Shown: piece by piece, positions 18,521-27,243 of the stretch
Layout of the letters: each line of letters opens with the position of its first letter
Position numbering within the stretch: position 1 is the first letter of the stretch
Virus record (IMG/VR): IMGVR_UViG_3300014204_000016
Coordinates: 6,669 to 70,668 of that record
From: a virus
Lineage: Duplodnaviria > Caudoviricetes
Length of the DNA: 64,000 bases
Direction: 5' to 3' (one strand)
Notes under the pieces: model-generated
Databases searched by the model: none
Told to the model about the DNA's origin: nothing
The model's input: only the letters and a program-made list of their open reading frames with translations
Translations under genes and position numbers: made by a program

Positions 18521-20032
18521 TTAGATTTTGAATATGTCTGCTGCGTTTGCTGTCTTTGCTTCCGGTTCTTTACTCGCATTTCGCGCGCTTGTCTTCGCCC
18601 ATTGTTTAAGGGCTTCCATTTTCACGGCGTCAATTTTCGTGATAGGTGTAATTCCTCTGATTGCCTCTGTAACGTCTTCGGTTGTTGGTTCGCGCTTGCC
18701 GTCATTGTATGCCGTTGTTAAGGCTTCCTGATAGGCTCTTTCAATCTCTGCGCCTGTATAACCGTCTGATACTTCGGCAATCCGCGCGGCGTCTGTGTTC
18801 GCTGTGCGTGGGTATTTCTTCATCATAACTTTTGCTATTGCTTCGCGTTCTGTCCGGTGCGGTGTTCCTACATAAAACAAAGCGTCAAATCTTCCGGTTC
18901 TCTTTAGCTCCGGTGGTAACTTTGATATGTCGTTTGCCGTTGCCAAAATAAATAACTTTCCGGCGCGTTCCTGTGTCCATTGTAAAAAATTCCCGAATAT
19001 GCGCGCGGCTGTTCCGCCGTCTCCTTCGCTGCCTGTTCCGCTTAGTGCCTTTTCAATTTCATCTATCCAAACAACCGCCGGTGATACTGCGTCAAGTATT
19101 TGTAAAGCGTTTCTCATGTTCTGCTCTGATTCGCCTACATATTTCCCGTATATGGCCGCAATATCGAATTGAATTAATGGGATTCTAAAGGCTGCTGCTG
19201 CTGCTTTTGCCGTCAAGGATTTTCCGCCGCCTGGAATACCTACTAATAATATTCCTTTGGGTGCGGGGATTCCCCAATTTTGGGCGTCTGCTGTCATTGC
19301 CGCGCGCGCTTTCAACAAATATTCTTTCAGGAATTCTAAACCGCCGATTGCCTCTAAACCGCGCGGGTCTGGATCGGTCCACGTTAAAGCCGCTGACTTA
19401 ACATAATTGCGCTTTTCCTTTGCAATAAACTCCGGCGTGATTGCTCCAGTGTTAACCAAAGATTTTAGAATAGCATTCCGCGCGGTGTCGCTGTCTAAAC
19501 CTGTCAAGCTGTCCAGTATTGCGCTTTGGGTTTCTTCGTCCGGTGTCTTTTCGGGATTCGCCGTGATTGCAAGTGATAAAAGGGCGGCTTGTTCGTCTCT
19601 GGTGGGTAGTTCAAGCGGTATTTCTAATATGCCGTTTATTGTCTGCGGTGGTGGTGTGGTGTCCAAAAAAACAAATAGCTTTTGGGTTTTACTGTCCCGT
19701 TTCCGTCCGTCTGTCAATTCGTCTTTTATAAGGCGTCTCAATCCGGCTTCCTGCAAGTGCTGTGTAATATCTTTGATAATGTATAGTGCGCGCTCCGGTT
19801 TGTTCCGCTGCTGCGCTGAAAACATTTCTTGGGGGTCGTATTTCGTGGCGTCTGCGCGCTGTGCCGTGTGGTCATATAATCCTGTAGTGACCGTCCATGT
19901 AAAGGGTAACATTTGCAAGTTGCCGGCTGCTTGTATTAATAGTGCCTCGGCGCGCGCTTCCTCTCTGGTCGTTGTCCATATTGCGCCGCATTTGCTCCGC
20001 TGCATGGCTTTGATTTGGTCTATATAATTCAT
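18521..20032 (-). CDS. AAA+ ATPase (Ycf46-like architecture)
   Basis: Walker A GIPGGGKS, Walker B VVWIDEIEK, sensor ATAN, Arg finger RTGRFD, degenerate N-terminal AAA-like half. Confidence 0.9.
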   Translation of the reverse strand: MNYIDQIKAMQRSKCGAIWTTTREEARAEALLIQAAGNLQMLPFTWTVTTGLYDHTAQRADATKYDPQEMFSAQQRNKPERALYIIKDITQHLQEAGLRRLIKDELTDGRKRDSKTQKLFVFLDTTPPPQTINGILEIPLELPTRDEQAALLSLAITANPEKTPDEETQSAILDSLTGLDSDTARNAILKSLVNTGAITPEFIAKEKRNYVKSAALTWTDPDPRGLEAIGGLEFLKEYLLKARAAMTADAQNWGIPAPKGILLVGIPGGGKSLTAKAAAAAFRIPLIQFDIAAIYGKYVGESEQNMRNALQILDAVSPAVVWIDEIEKALSGTGSEGDGGTAARIFGNFLQWTQERAGKLFILATANDISKLPPELKRTGRFDALFYVGTPHRTEREAIAKVMMKKYPRTANTDAARIAEVSDGYTGAEIERAYQEALTTAYNDGKREPTTEDVTEAIRGITPITKIDAVKMEALKQWAKTSARNASKEPEAKTANAADIFKI

Positions 20033-20090
20033 TGGTTGGTTTCCTTTCGTTCTCTATGCGGTTTATATGCCGCTGTTTTGTCGTTCTCTT

Positions 20091-20375
20091 TTAGTGCTGT
20101 ATGCCGTGGGCGTGGGCGTGTTCGTGCGTTCTGATAGCGTCTGTCGTGTTTACTCCGGCGCGTCTTAGGGCTGCGGCTGCGTCCGGTTGTTTTGCAAGTC
20201 CGGCGATAATGCAAGCGTCTCCCATCGGGCCGCGCTCGGCTGCCGATAGTCCTAAAATTTCAAGTCTGCCGGTTCGCGCGTTCCGTTTTACGGTGATTTC
20301 TCCTTTCAATATTTTTCGTTTCGCTGCCGCCAAAATTGCCGCCTTTCTTAGCTGTTCTAAATATTCACAGGCCAT
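20091..20375 (-). CDS. small protein with His-rich C-terminus
   Basis: MACE..., GDAC, ends HEHAHAHGIQH; directly upstream of the AAA gene. Confidence 0.7.
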   Translation of the reverse strand: MACEYLEQLRKAAILAAAKRKILKGEITVKRNARTGRLEILGLSAAERGPMGDACIIAGLAKQPDAAAALRRAGVNTTDAIRTHEHAHAHGIQH

Positions 20376-20480
20376 ATTTTTTAGTTCCTCTCTCCGGTTT
20401 ATTTTTCCCGTGTCGGGCGTCCGGCGGTGGCCGCGCGGTCTGTCTGGATCGCCGCGCGGCTGCTGTCGGGCGTCCGGCGT

Positions 20481-21341
20481 TTATGCGTGGTCTATTGCCT
20501 CTCTTAGTTCCTCGGCGTATGCAATATAATTTTTTATGCGCTCAATTATTCCGCTTTCATCATCATTAAAGGTAATTCCGGCTTTGGCTTCTGCTGCTTC
20601 AATTACGTTGTGGGCTTCGTTTATAATGTTCATGCGTTTGATATTATATTCGCTGTCTTCGGCTGCTCTCTCTCTTACTTGTGCAAGTAAATTATGCAAT
20701 TCTCCATAATTGCGCGCGGCTGTGTTAAGGTCTTCGGCTCTCTGCGTTGCTATTGCTGCAATTTCCGTCAAGCTGCTTTGAAGTTCTGTGGCTTCCTGTC
20801 GGGCTGCGTCTCTCTCATTCTGCGCCGTTTCGATTGCCGTTGCTGCCGTCTCCATATTGTGCCGGATTTCGTTCTGTAGTTCTCGGATTTCCTGTGCTGC
20901 GGCTTCTGTCTCTATGCGTCTCTCTCTCCAGTCTTCTAATTCCTCGGCGTCTTCGTCTCGCTTGTCGATTTCGTTTTCCTGTTTGCTGATTGTCTTAATT
21001 AAGGCGTCAATAACTTTTCCGGCTGCGTCTTTTTCCTCGGTCAAGGTTTTGATTTCTTCGGCCATTGTAGCCAAATGATTTTTGGCCGCTGTCAAGTCTG
21101 TTTCTGCGCCGTCTCTCTCTGCTCTGATTTTGTCTATCGTGTCCGTGTAGTCTGATATAATCTGCCGCGCGCTTTCCAGTTCTCCGGCTGCGGTCTGTTC
21201 TCTTGCCTCGGCTTCATTCGCGCGTTTCGCTTGTGCGTCAATCTGGTTTCGGAGTCCGGTGGTTGATATTTCAAGCTGTATTTTTATGCTCTTTTCTAAT
21301 TCCTCGGTAAAGCTGTTGATTAGTTCTTTAGGTATTCTCAT
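20481..21341 (-). CDS. long coiled-coil protein
   Basis: Ala/Glu/Arg-rich heptads; GGAG RBS. Confidence 0.75.
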   Translation of the reverse strand: MRIPKELINSFTEELEKSIKIQLEISTTGLRNQIDAQAKRANEAEAREQTAAGELESARQIISDYTDTIDKIRAERDGAETDLTAAKNHLATMAEEIKTLTEEKDAAGKVIDALIKTISKQENEIDKRDEDAEELEDWRERRIETEAAAQEIRELQNEIRHNMETAATAIETAQNERDAARQEATELQSSLTEIAAIATQRAEDLNTAARNYGELHNLLAQVRERAAEDSEYNIKRMNIINEAHNVIEAAEAKAGITFNDDESGIIERIKNYIAYAEELREAIDHA

Positions 21342-21404
21342 TTCTTTTATTCTCCGTTTCTGGCCGTCTGGCCGTGGGTTTGTTCCGGCGTTTGCCGGTT
21401 GTGA

Positions 21405-21710
21405 TTAAAATATTTCTGTCGCGTTTGGAAAGTGCGCGCGGATAGCTTCGGCGGCTGCGCTTTTCAGTTCTCCGGCGGTCACGTTCTCGGCTGCTGCGTT
21501 TCGGGCTGCGGTTATCAATATCCGCGCGTGTTGTAAATATTCGTTGGTGTTAAGGTCCGGCGCGCTCTCTCTTACGATTTTATATGCTGCGTCTGTCTTC
21601 TGTGCCGGTGACAAGTGCGCATTTGAGAATAAATTAATTAACCGGCTGCCGGTGCTGCGCGCGCTCGGTGTCTGCGCTCTCTGCGTCTCTGCAAGTGTGT
21701 TATATTTCAT
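21405..21710 (-). CDS. hypothetical protein
   Basis: GAAAGGA RBS preceded by a CCGGC-GCA-GCCGG hairpin. Confidence 0.65.
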   Translation of the reverse strand: MKYNTLAETQRAQTPSARSTGSRLINLFSNAHLSPAQKTDAAYKIVRESAPDLNTNEYLQHARILITAARNAAAENVTAGELKSAAAEAIRAHFPNATEIF

Positions 21711-21928
21711 GGTCTGCTTTTCCTTTCTCCGGCTGCGCCGGTCTGGTTTTGGTTTACTTTGCTATTGCTATTACTGCGCCTCGGTAAAGCTGATAGTCAA
21801 CCGTGGGGATTTTTCGCTTTCTGTAAATTTCTAATATCGCCGCTTTGGTTGTCTGCTGTTTCTCGGTCTGTTTGATTTCTGCGTACATGGTTTTTTTCCT
21901 TTCGTTTTTTTGGCCGTTGGCCGTGGTT

Positions 21929-22150
21929 TTATGCTTGGTTTCTAAGTTGCAATTTTTCGGGGTACTTCTCGGTAAAGCATTTCCATATTGATAGGATGTC
22001 TCCGGCGTCCGCTGTCGCTATAACTTCATATTTGCAATATTCGCAAAAGTCTCTTTGTATTGCTTCCGGCATTCTCGGCGTGTCAAGCTGCATGATAACT
22101 TTTAACATTTGGCCGCTGTCCGCCGCTGCTATCAATTTTGATTTATTCAT
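21929..22150 (-). CDS. hypothetical protein
   Basis: AGGAG RBS. Confidence 0.65.
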   Translation of the reverse strand: MNKSKLIAAADSGQMLKVIMQLDTPRMPEAIQRDFCEYCKYEVIATADAGDILSIWKCFTEKYPEKLQLRNQA

Positions 22151-22201
22151 GGTCTGCGTCTCCTGTGTCTTGTGTTTTGTTCTCTAAAGGCTTTCTATCG
22201 C

Positions 22202-22393
22202 CTAAAATAATTCAATCGCCTTACTCTCAATTATTCGGGTTTCCGTTGTGAATAAATCGCCGCAACCGCGCGCGCCTTCTTTGCGCATCTTACAATTTTT
22301 GAAGTTTTCACAATTAAAACATTCGTTAATTTTTGGCGTCTCATTTACTAATACTTGCGTTTTAATACTTGTGAATAGACTTGTTTGAGTCAT
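22202..22393 (-). CDS. small Cys-cluster protein
   Basis: CFNCENFKNC...GC. Confidence 0.6.
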   Translation of the reverse strand: MTQTSLFTSIKTQVLVNETPKINECFNCENFKNCKMRKEGARGCGDLFTTETRIIESKAIELF

Positions 22394-22440
22394 TTTATAA
22401 TCCCTACACTTTCCGGCCTAATGGCCAAAATTTTATAATT

Positions 22441-23298
22441 TTATGCTGTTAATTGCTTTTCTAATTTAGCAATTTTAATCTCCATATTTGTTAATTGCTT
22501 TTCTATCCATAAATTATCATTATCGGATAATGAGCTATTCTTTAATTGCCTATAGTTGAATTGCAAGTTATCAATTTTGGAAGTTATATCATTATACTTG
22601 TATTGTAAGTCGGACAATCTATCGGATAACTTTATTATCGCAATAGCTTTTTTGTCGGTATAATGCTTTTTTTGCTTTGCTTTTAATAGCTCAATAGAAT
22701 TATTCAATTTGTTGATTTTATCAGATAATTGAATTTTATCATTATCCGATTTTACGGCTTTTTTAACCGGAGTATAATCAATTATATAATCCATACTAAT
22801 AGTTAATAAATCATTATTAAATAAATCGGCGCAATTTATATACAAATTATCGCCGGAATTAATCAATGATAATAAAGCCGCGCGGATTGCAATTTTGGCT
22901 TTATCAATATCGCTGTAATTGTCTTTTTGCCTTATTTGTATATTCAATCCCGTAAAATCAATTTTATCACTATTGGCTTTATATTCTTTTTTAATTCTAT
23001 TAATGTTTTTATAGTCATCACTTTTATCATTAAGATTAATATTATCGAATAAACCGATAGTTTTATTAATGTCATATTTATAATTTGTATCAAAGTAGTC
23101 AATTATATAATCTATTAAATTATTTATATCCTTAGAATAAAATCGCGCGGCCTGTATCATTGATTGCAATATATTATCACTATTATTATCACAATGCGCG
23201 CAAACGTCATATTTGCAATTATCTAACTTATCACATAGCGAGCATGCGCCGCGCGCGGCTTTTAATTTACTTTCATATTGTTTGTTATTAACTATCAT
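22441..23298 (-). CDS. first gene of the leftward operon; N-terminal Cys cluster, Asp/Asn/Ile/Lys-rich, C-terminal coiled coil
   Basis: Long ORF in very AT-rich DNA. ATG 23298 preferred because it lies just downstream of the promoter. Confidence 0.7.
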   Translation of the reverse strand: MIVNNKQYESKLKAARGACSLCDKLDNCKYDVCAHCDNNSDNILQSMIQAARFYSKDINNLIDYIIDYFDTNYKYDINKTIGLFDNINLNDKSDDYKNINRIKKEYKANSDKIDFTGLNIQIRQKDNYSDIDKAKIAIRAALLSLINSGDNLYINCADLFNNDLLTISMDYIIDYTPVKKAVKSDNDKIQLSDKINKLNNSIELLKAKQKKHYTDKKAIAIIKLSDRLSDLQYKYNDITSKIDNLQFNYRQLKNSSLSDNDNLWIEKQLTNMEIKIAKLEKQLTA

Positions 23299-23308
23299 CT
23301 TACTTACT

Positions 23309-23336
23309 ATTATATATCGCGCTATCAATATTACAA
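23309..23336 (-). promoter_or_regulatory. sigma70-type leftward promoter TTGTAA-16-TATAAT
   Basis: Read on the minus strand; perfect -10. Confidence 0.55.
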
Positions 23337-24902
23337 GTGCTTTTATAAAATAATTATCACGGCTTTTATTTGCGGTTTATACGGCTTTTATATCGTGTTA
23401 TGTTTGTGGTTAATATATCGCTTTATTTGTTATTGGTTATTAGTTTTATCTATTTTAATAATTATCTATTTTGTTATTTGTGCAATTTATTAGTTATTAG
23501 TTATGCCTTGAGTCTATTGCACTCATATACCTTGAGTCTGCCGGCATATAGGCTTGTTGATATTAATGCGCTCATAGGGCTTGAGTCTATTGCTATCAAT
23601 GCGCGCGTGATTTTACTTTAATTTACGCCATAATTTTATAGCTCTAAGCTATTAATTATCGGCATTATTCAATTATTGGATTGCCGGTATTATTGAATGG
23701 ATAGAATTCAATACCGGTATTATCGGCGCATTATTAGGATTGAATAAACAAGTCTTATATTGAATTATAAGCTATTGAATTAACAAGCGGATATAATGCC
23801 GGATTATATATATTCTATTCTCTTACATTATTTACATGCCGGAATAATCAATTCTATCATGTCGGAACTATTGCCGCGCGGAATTATTGAATTATTGCTA
23901 TTATGCCGGATTATATCATTGCAAACTTGCCGTATATTAGTTATTGTATTTTATGTGCTTTAACTTATTTTATCGTGTAATTATTGGAATTATCGGAATA
24001 AACAAGCATATTATTTTATGTAATTATCGGAATTATATAATCTCAAAATTAAAAACACTATATATTATCGCATTATTTTAATTGCTATAATTATTACTTA
24101 ATTGCGAATTATTTTATTTTATTAATTATTATTTTAGTTATTATCTTATTTTATACGGCCATATTATTGAATTATTGCCGTATATTCATTGATTAAACAT
24201 GCTGAAACACGCAAAGCATAAAGCCTTAATAACTAAAGCATGAAAAAGCCCTGGGTTTATCGCATTATTTATTATCGCGTGTTATTCGTGCTTTAACTAA
24301 CGTGCTTTGCGTGTTTTGTGCTTTGCGCGCGCTTAAAAGTAACGGCTTGTTTTGGTTTTCGGGATTCCGGACGGCTGCGGCACTGCCTAATAGCGAAGAC
24401 CGCCCCTGCCAAAATAAAACCGGTAACTTTTCGAACCTGAATATACAAAGTGAAAAGTGAACCCAAAAATATATAAAAATTTGAGCCTGCAGGACGGCCA
24501 CGACAACGGCAACAGGACGATCTGGAGCGAAACGAGCCATTGACCGGGCGCGGCCCTCGAAAGGCTTAGACAGCGAATTTCGAGACATGAAATGCTTGGA
24601 AACCGGGGCGCCGTGGGATTGGGCGATAATAAATAAGATAATCCAAAAAATAACCAAAAGGGATAAGCCAATAAGTTAAATAACTCGAAACCGGGGAATA
24701 AGTGACCGCGGGGTGATGAGCCTGAATATACATATTAATTACATCATTCGTGTGCGCGGCAAAGATTTAAGTCTTTAGTTACAAACTGGCAATATACGGA
24801 AATACGGGGATGCAAAAACATTAAAAGATTTTAATGTAAAAAGAAGGGTGGTCCGGGGGTGGGGATACTTGCTGCGGGGATCGGCGCCGGCGGTATAAAT
24901 GT

Positions 24903-24928
24903 AAGAACCGCCCTTTCGGGCGGCTCTT
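24903..24928. other. isolated GC hairpin AAGAACCGCCC-TTTC-GGGCGGCTCTT
   Basis: Inverted repeat with no U tract on either side. Confidence 0.6.
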
Positions 24929-25084
24929 AGGCTCACGCTGCTTTGGCAGATGAGCGATTGGGTTGCTGCTGACAACGGCGTAAGATTTCTACGGGGTTGT
25001 GACTCCTTCTACGCGTGGTAGATGAGTTGATTTCATTATAGGGTGCGTAATTATAAAGTCAAGTTATACCTTCCGGGTGGGTAG

Positions 25085-25172
25085 GTAGTCGACAGGCCGG
25101 AAAGTTCGAAACCGGGCCGGAAACGGGGATTATAAATATTTTACGGCGGGTATTGACTCGGGTAGTCGACAG
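25085..25172 (+). promoter_or_regulatory. 12-bp repeat GGTAGTCGACAG (25085-25096 and 25161-25172); candidate operator
   Basis: Exact repeat with palindromic core; the second copy is inside the promoter spacer. Confidence 0.5.
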
Positions 25173-25181
25173 TGGTAATAT
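25153..25181 (+). promoter_or_regulatory. sigma70 promoter TTGACT-17-TAATAT for the replication operon
   Basis: Near-consensus with optimal spacing. Confidence 0.75.
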
Positions 25182-25318
25182 ACGGGCATGGCGGCAGGAA
25201 ACAATATCACAAAACAGCAGTTGAAATAACAAACGATAGCTTTGCATGAGCGTCATTGTACCCGTCCCGGCCGCCATACCTCTACGGGGCAATGGCGTTC
25301 ATGGAGGGCTATCAGACA

Positions 25319-25516
25319 ATGTTCAAAACAACTGGATTTAATACAGATACGGAGCAATGGCGCTTATCCTATGGCTCTGACGTTTCGGATTATATTTTTA
25401 AGGTGAAGAAAAAAGAGTGGTATTTTATAAATATTGTTGCTCTAAAAATCGAACCCTTGTCTGCGGTAGATTCTTTGCCGCTTAACTATCTAAGGTCTAA
25501 GGCGAATAAAAAATGA
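25319..25516 (+). CDS. hypothetical protein
   Basis: GGAGG RBS; ATGA overlap with the initiator gene. Confidence 0.55.
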   Translation: MFKTTGFNTDTEQWRLSYGSDVSDYIFKVKKKEWYFINIVALKIEPLSAVDSLPLNYLRSKANKK

Positions 25517-26589
25517 TCGAAGTCGGTTGGTGGAAATTTCACCGCAAAATAGAAAACTCTGAAACGTGGAAGCGCCTTAATCCGTTTGGCCGGGATGTTC
25601 TTATTGCGATTTTGAATAATGTTGATTTTGAAAGTGGCGTCTGGATCACGAGTGTTCCTAAAATTAAAAATCACGTTCACCAATCAACCGGAGAGCAAAA
25701 TATCAAGACCGCTTTACGGATAATGAGAGAGACAAATTTCATTTCGGAAGAACTGATACAGCTAACCGATGTAAAACAGAGAAAAATCACTGTAATCAAC
25801 TGGCTTATTTATCAACACAAAATTACAACTAACCGATGCCAACCGGTGGAAACCGAAAAACTAACTGATGGACTAACCGGTGGACTAACCGGTGGAAATG
25901 AAAAAAATAGTGGCGTGAATACTGAAATAAATAATAAATTAGAATTACCGCTAACCGATGAACTAACCGGTGGACTAACCGGTGGAAATGAAAAAACTAA
26001 CCGGCAAGAAGTATTTAAAAGAATAACTACAAAAGAAGTAAAGAATAAAGATTTAAAAGATTTTCTTGTTGACGATTCAAAAGACGAACCGCCAACGGAG
26101 ACGGTAATCCCCGCATTACCTAAAAAGGCAATTAATAAAAAATTAAAACCCTTATTTAGTTTTGAGCCAATAGATTTAGAATTAGCTGAATTACTCAAAT
26201 CGTTAATTATTGAAAATAAACCGGATAGAAAAATAACTGGATCAATAAATTCTTGGGCAAACGAAATAAGATTAATGCGAACTCGGGATAATCGTAATAT
26301 AATTAAAATCAGGGAAATAATTACTTGGTCACAAAAAGATTCATTCTGGTGGAAAAATATATTATCCGGTTCAAAGCTTAGAGAGCAATATGATAAACTC
26401 GAAACAGATATGAATGATAAATCGAAAAGTAACGGATTTACCCGTTTTCCGACAAAAGAAGAAATAAGGCAACAAAAGTCGATGGAGGCGGTAAATAACT
26501 ATAAATTGAGAAAGGAACAGAATAACCATGTTGAATCAACAGGACAAGAAGATCGAGGAAATGTTGGCGCTGATTGGACTGACGTATGA
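25513..26589 (+). CDS. phage replication initiator (lambda O-like)
   Basis: N-terminal GWWKFHRKI winged-helix, central iteron repeats, C-terminal WSQKDSFWWKNILSGSKLREQYDKL. Confidence 0.85.
   Translation: MIEVGWWKFHRKIENSETWKRLNPFGRDVLIAILNNVDFESGVWITSVPKIKNHVHQSTGEQNIKTALRIMRETNFISEELIQLTDVKQRKITVINWLIYQHKITTNRCQPVETEKLTDGLTGGLTGGNEKNSGVNTEINNKLELPLTDELTGGLTGGNEKTNRQEVFKRITTKEVKNKDLKDFLVDDSKDEPPTETVIPALPKKAINKKLKPLFSFEPIDLELAELLKSLIIENKPDRKITGSINSWANEIRLMRTRDNRNIIKIREIITWSQKDSFWWKNILSGSKLREQYDKLETDMNDKSKSNGFTRFPTKEEIRQQKSMEAVNNYKLRKEQNNHVESTGQEDRGNVGADWTDV
25762..26005 (+). repeat. iteron array (about 10 copies of CTAACCG(A/G)TG and close variants); probable replication origin
   Basis: Copies at 25762, 25829, 25839, 25861, 25873, 25885, 25951, 25963, 25975 and 25997, followed by AT-rich DNA. 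Confidence 0.8.
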
Positions 26590-27067
26590 AAGAGAAATAA
26601 CGGAGCCGCTAATTGCAATTTACGAGGACGCGCTTTCGGATTACACAAAACAACAGATCGACGCTGCGGCCAAGAGATTAATTCAAACCAGTAAGTTCTT
26701 CCCGCGGCCGGCGGAGTTTATTGCGATACTGGACCCGGCGCCGTCCGGTAACTTGGATGTCGTGGTGTCCGCCGGAGCATGGACGGAAATGGTGCGGTAT
26801 CTTCAATCCACAAAGAAATTAGGCGAATTAGAGGATAGGGCGCTTGAAAAAACAATCCGGTTATTTGGAGGCCGGGAAGTTTTAGCAAACGTGGATATTA
26901 AGACGCTCCAATATCTGCGTAAAGATTTTCAGGAAGTCTATCTGGCGTTTGCGACACCGGAACAAAAGCGGGATCGGCTTGTCGAGGCCGGCGCCACGGA
27001 AAGCATGTTACGGGCGCTGCCGGAGGTTGGGAATAACGCGAAACAACTGAAAGCGGGTGACAAATGA
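26528..27067 (+). CDS. helicase loader/inhibitor-like replication protein (DUF6475/G39-like)
   Basis: IYEDALSDY...RLIQTSKFFPRPAEF; position directly after the initiator. Confidence 0.65.
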   Translation: MLNQQDKKIEEMLALIGLTYEREITEPLIAIYEDALSDYTKQQIDAAAKRLIQTSKFFPRPAEFIAILDPAPSGNLDVVVSAGAWTEMVRYLQSTKKLGELEDRALEKTIRLFGGREVLANVDIKTLQYLRKDFQEVYLAFATPEQKRDRLVEAGATESMLRALPEVGNNAKQLKAGDK

Positions 27068-27243
27068 GCGATTCAATGCTTGTCAAACAATTAGAGAGCG
27101 AATTAAAGTGGCTCGAAAAAGAAGCCGCCAATCCAAGCAATAGCGACAAGACAAGAGGCAAGCGGGGTATAGAGGCGGGTATAACGAGAAGAAGAATATC
27201 GGCACTAAGAAAAATAGAAGCGCAGAAAGCGGGTGACAAATGA
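27064..27243 (+). CDS. 59-aa basic protein (not in ORF track)
   Basis: MSDSMLVKQ...KAGDK; bounded by two junction repeats. Confidence 0.7.
   Translation: MSDSMLVKQLESELKWLEKEAANPSNSDKTRGKRGIEAGITRRRISALRKIEAQKAGDK

Noticed and set aside
23370-23621. 83-aa hydrophobic ORF on the + strand
   Set aside because: It has no RBS, and its I/L/F/Y content is the expected by-product of TTA/ATT-rich DNA. More likely non-coding.
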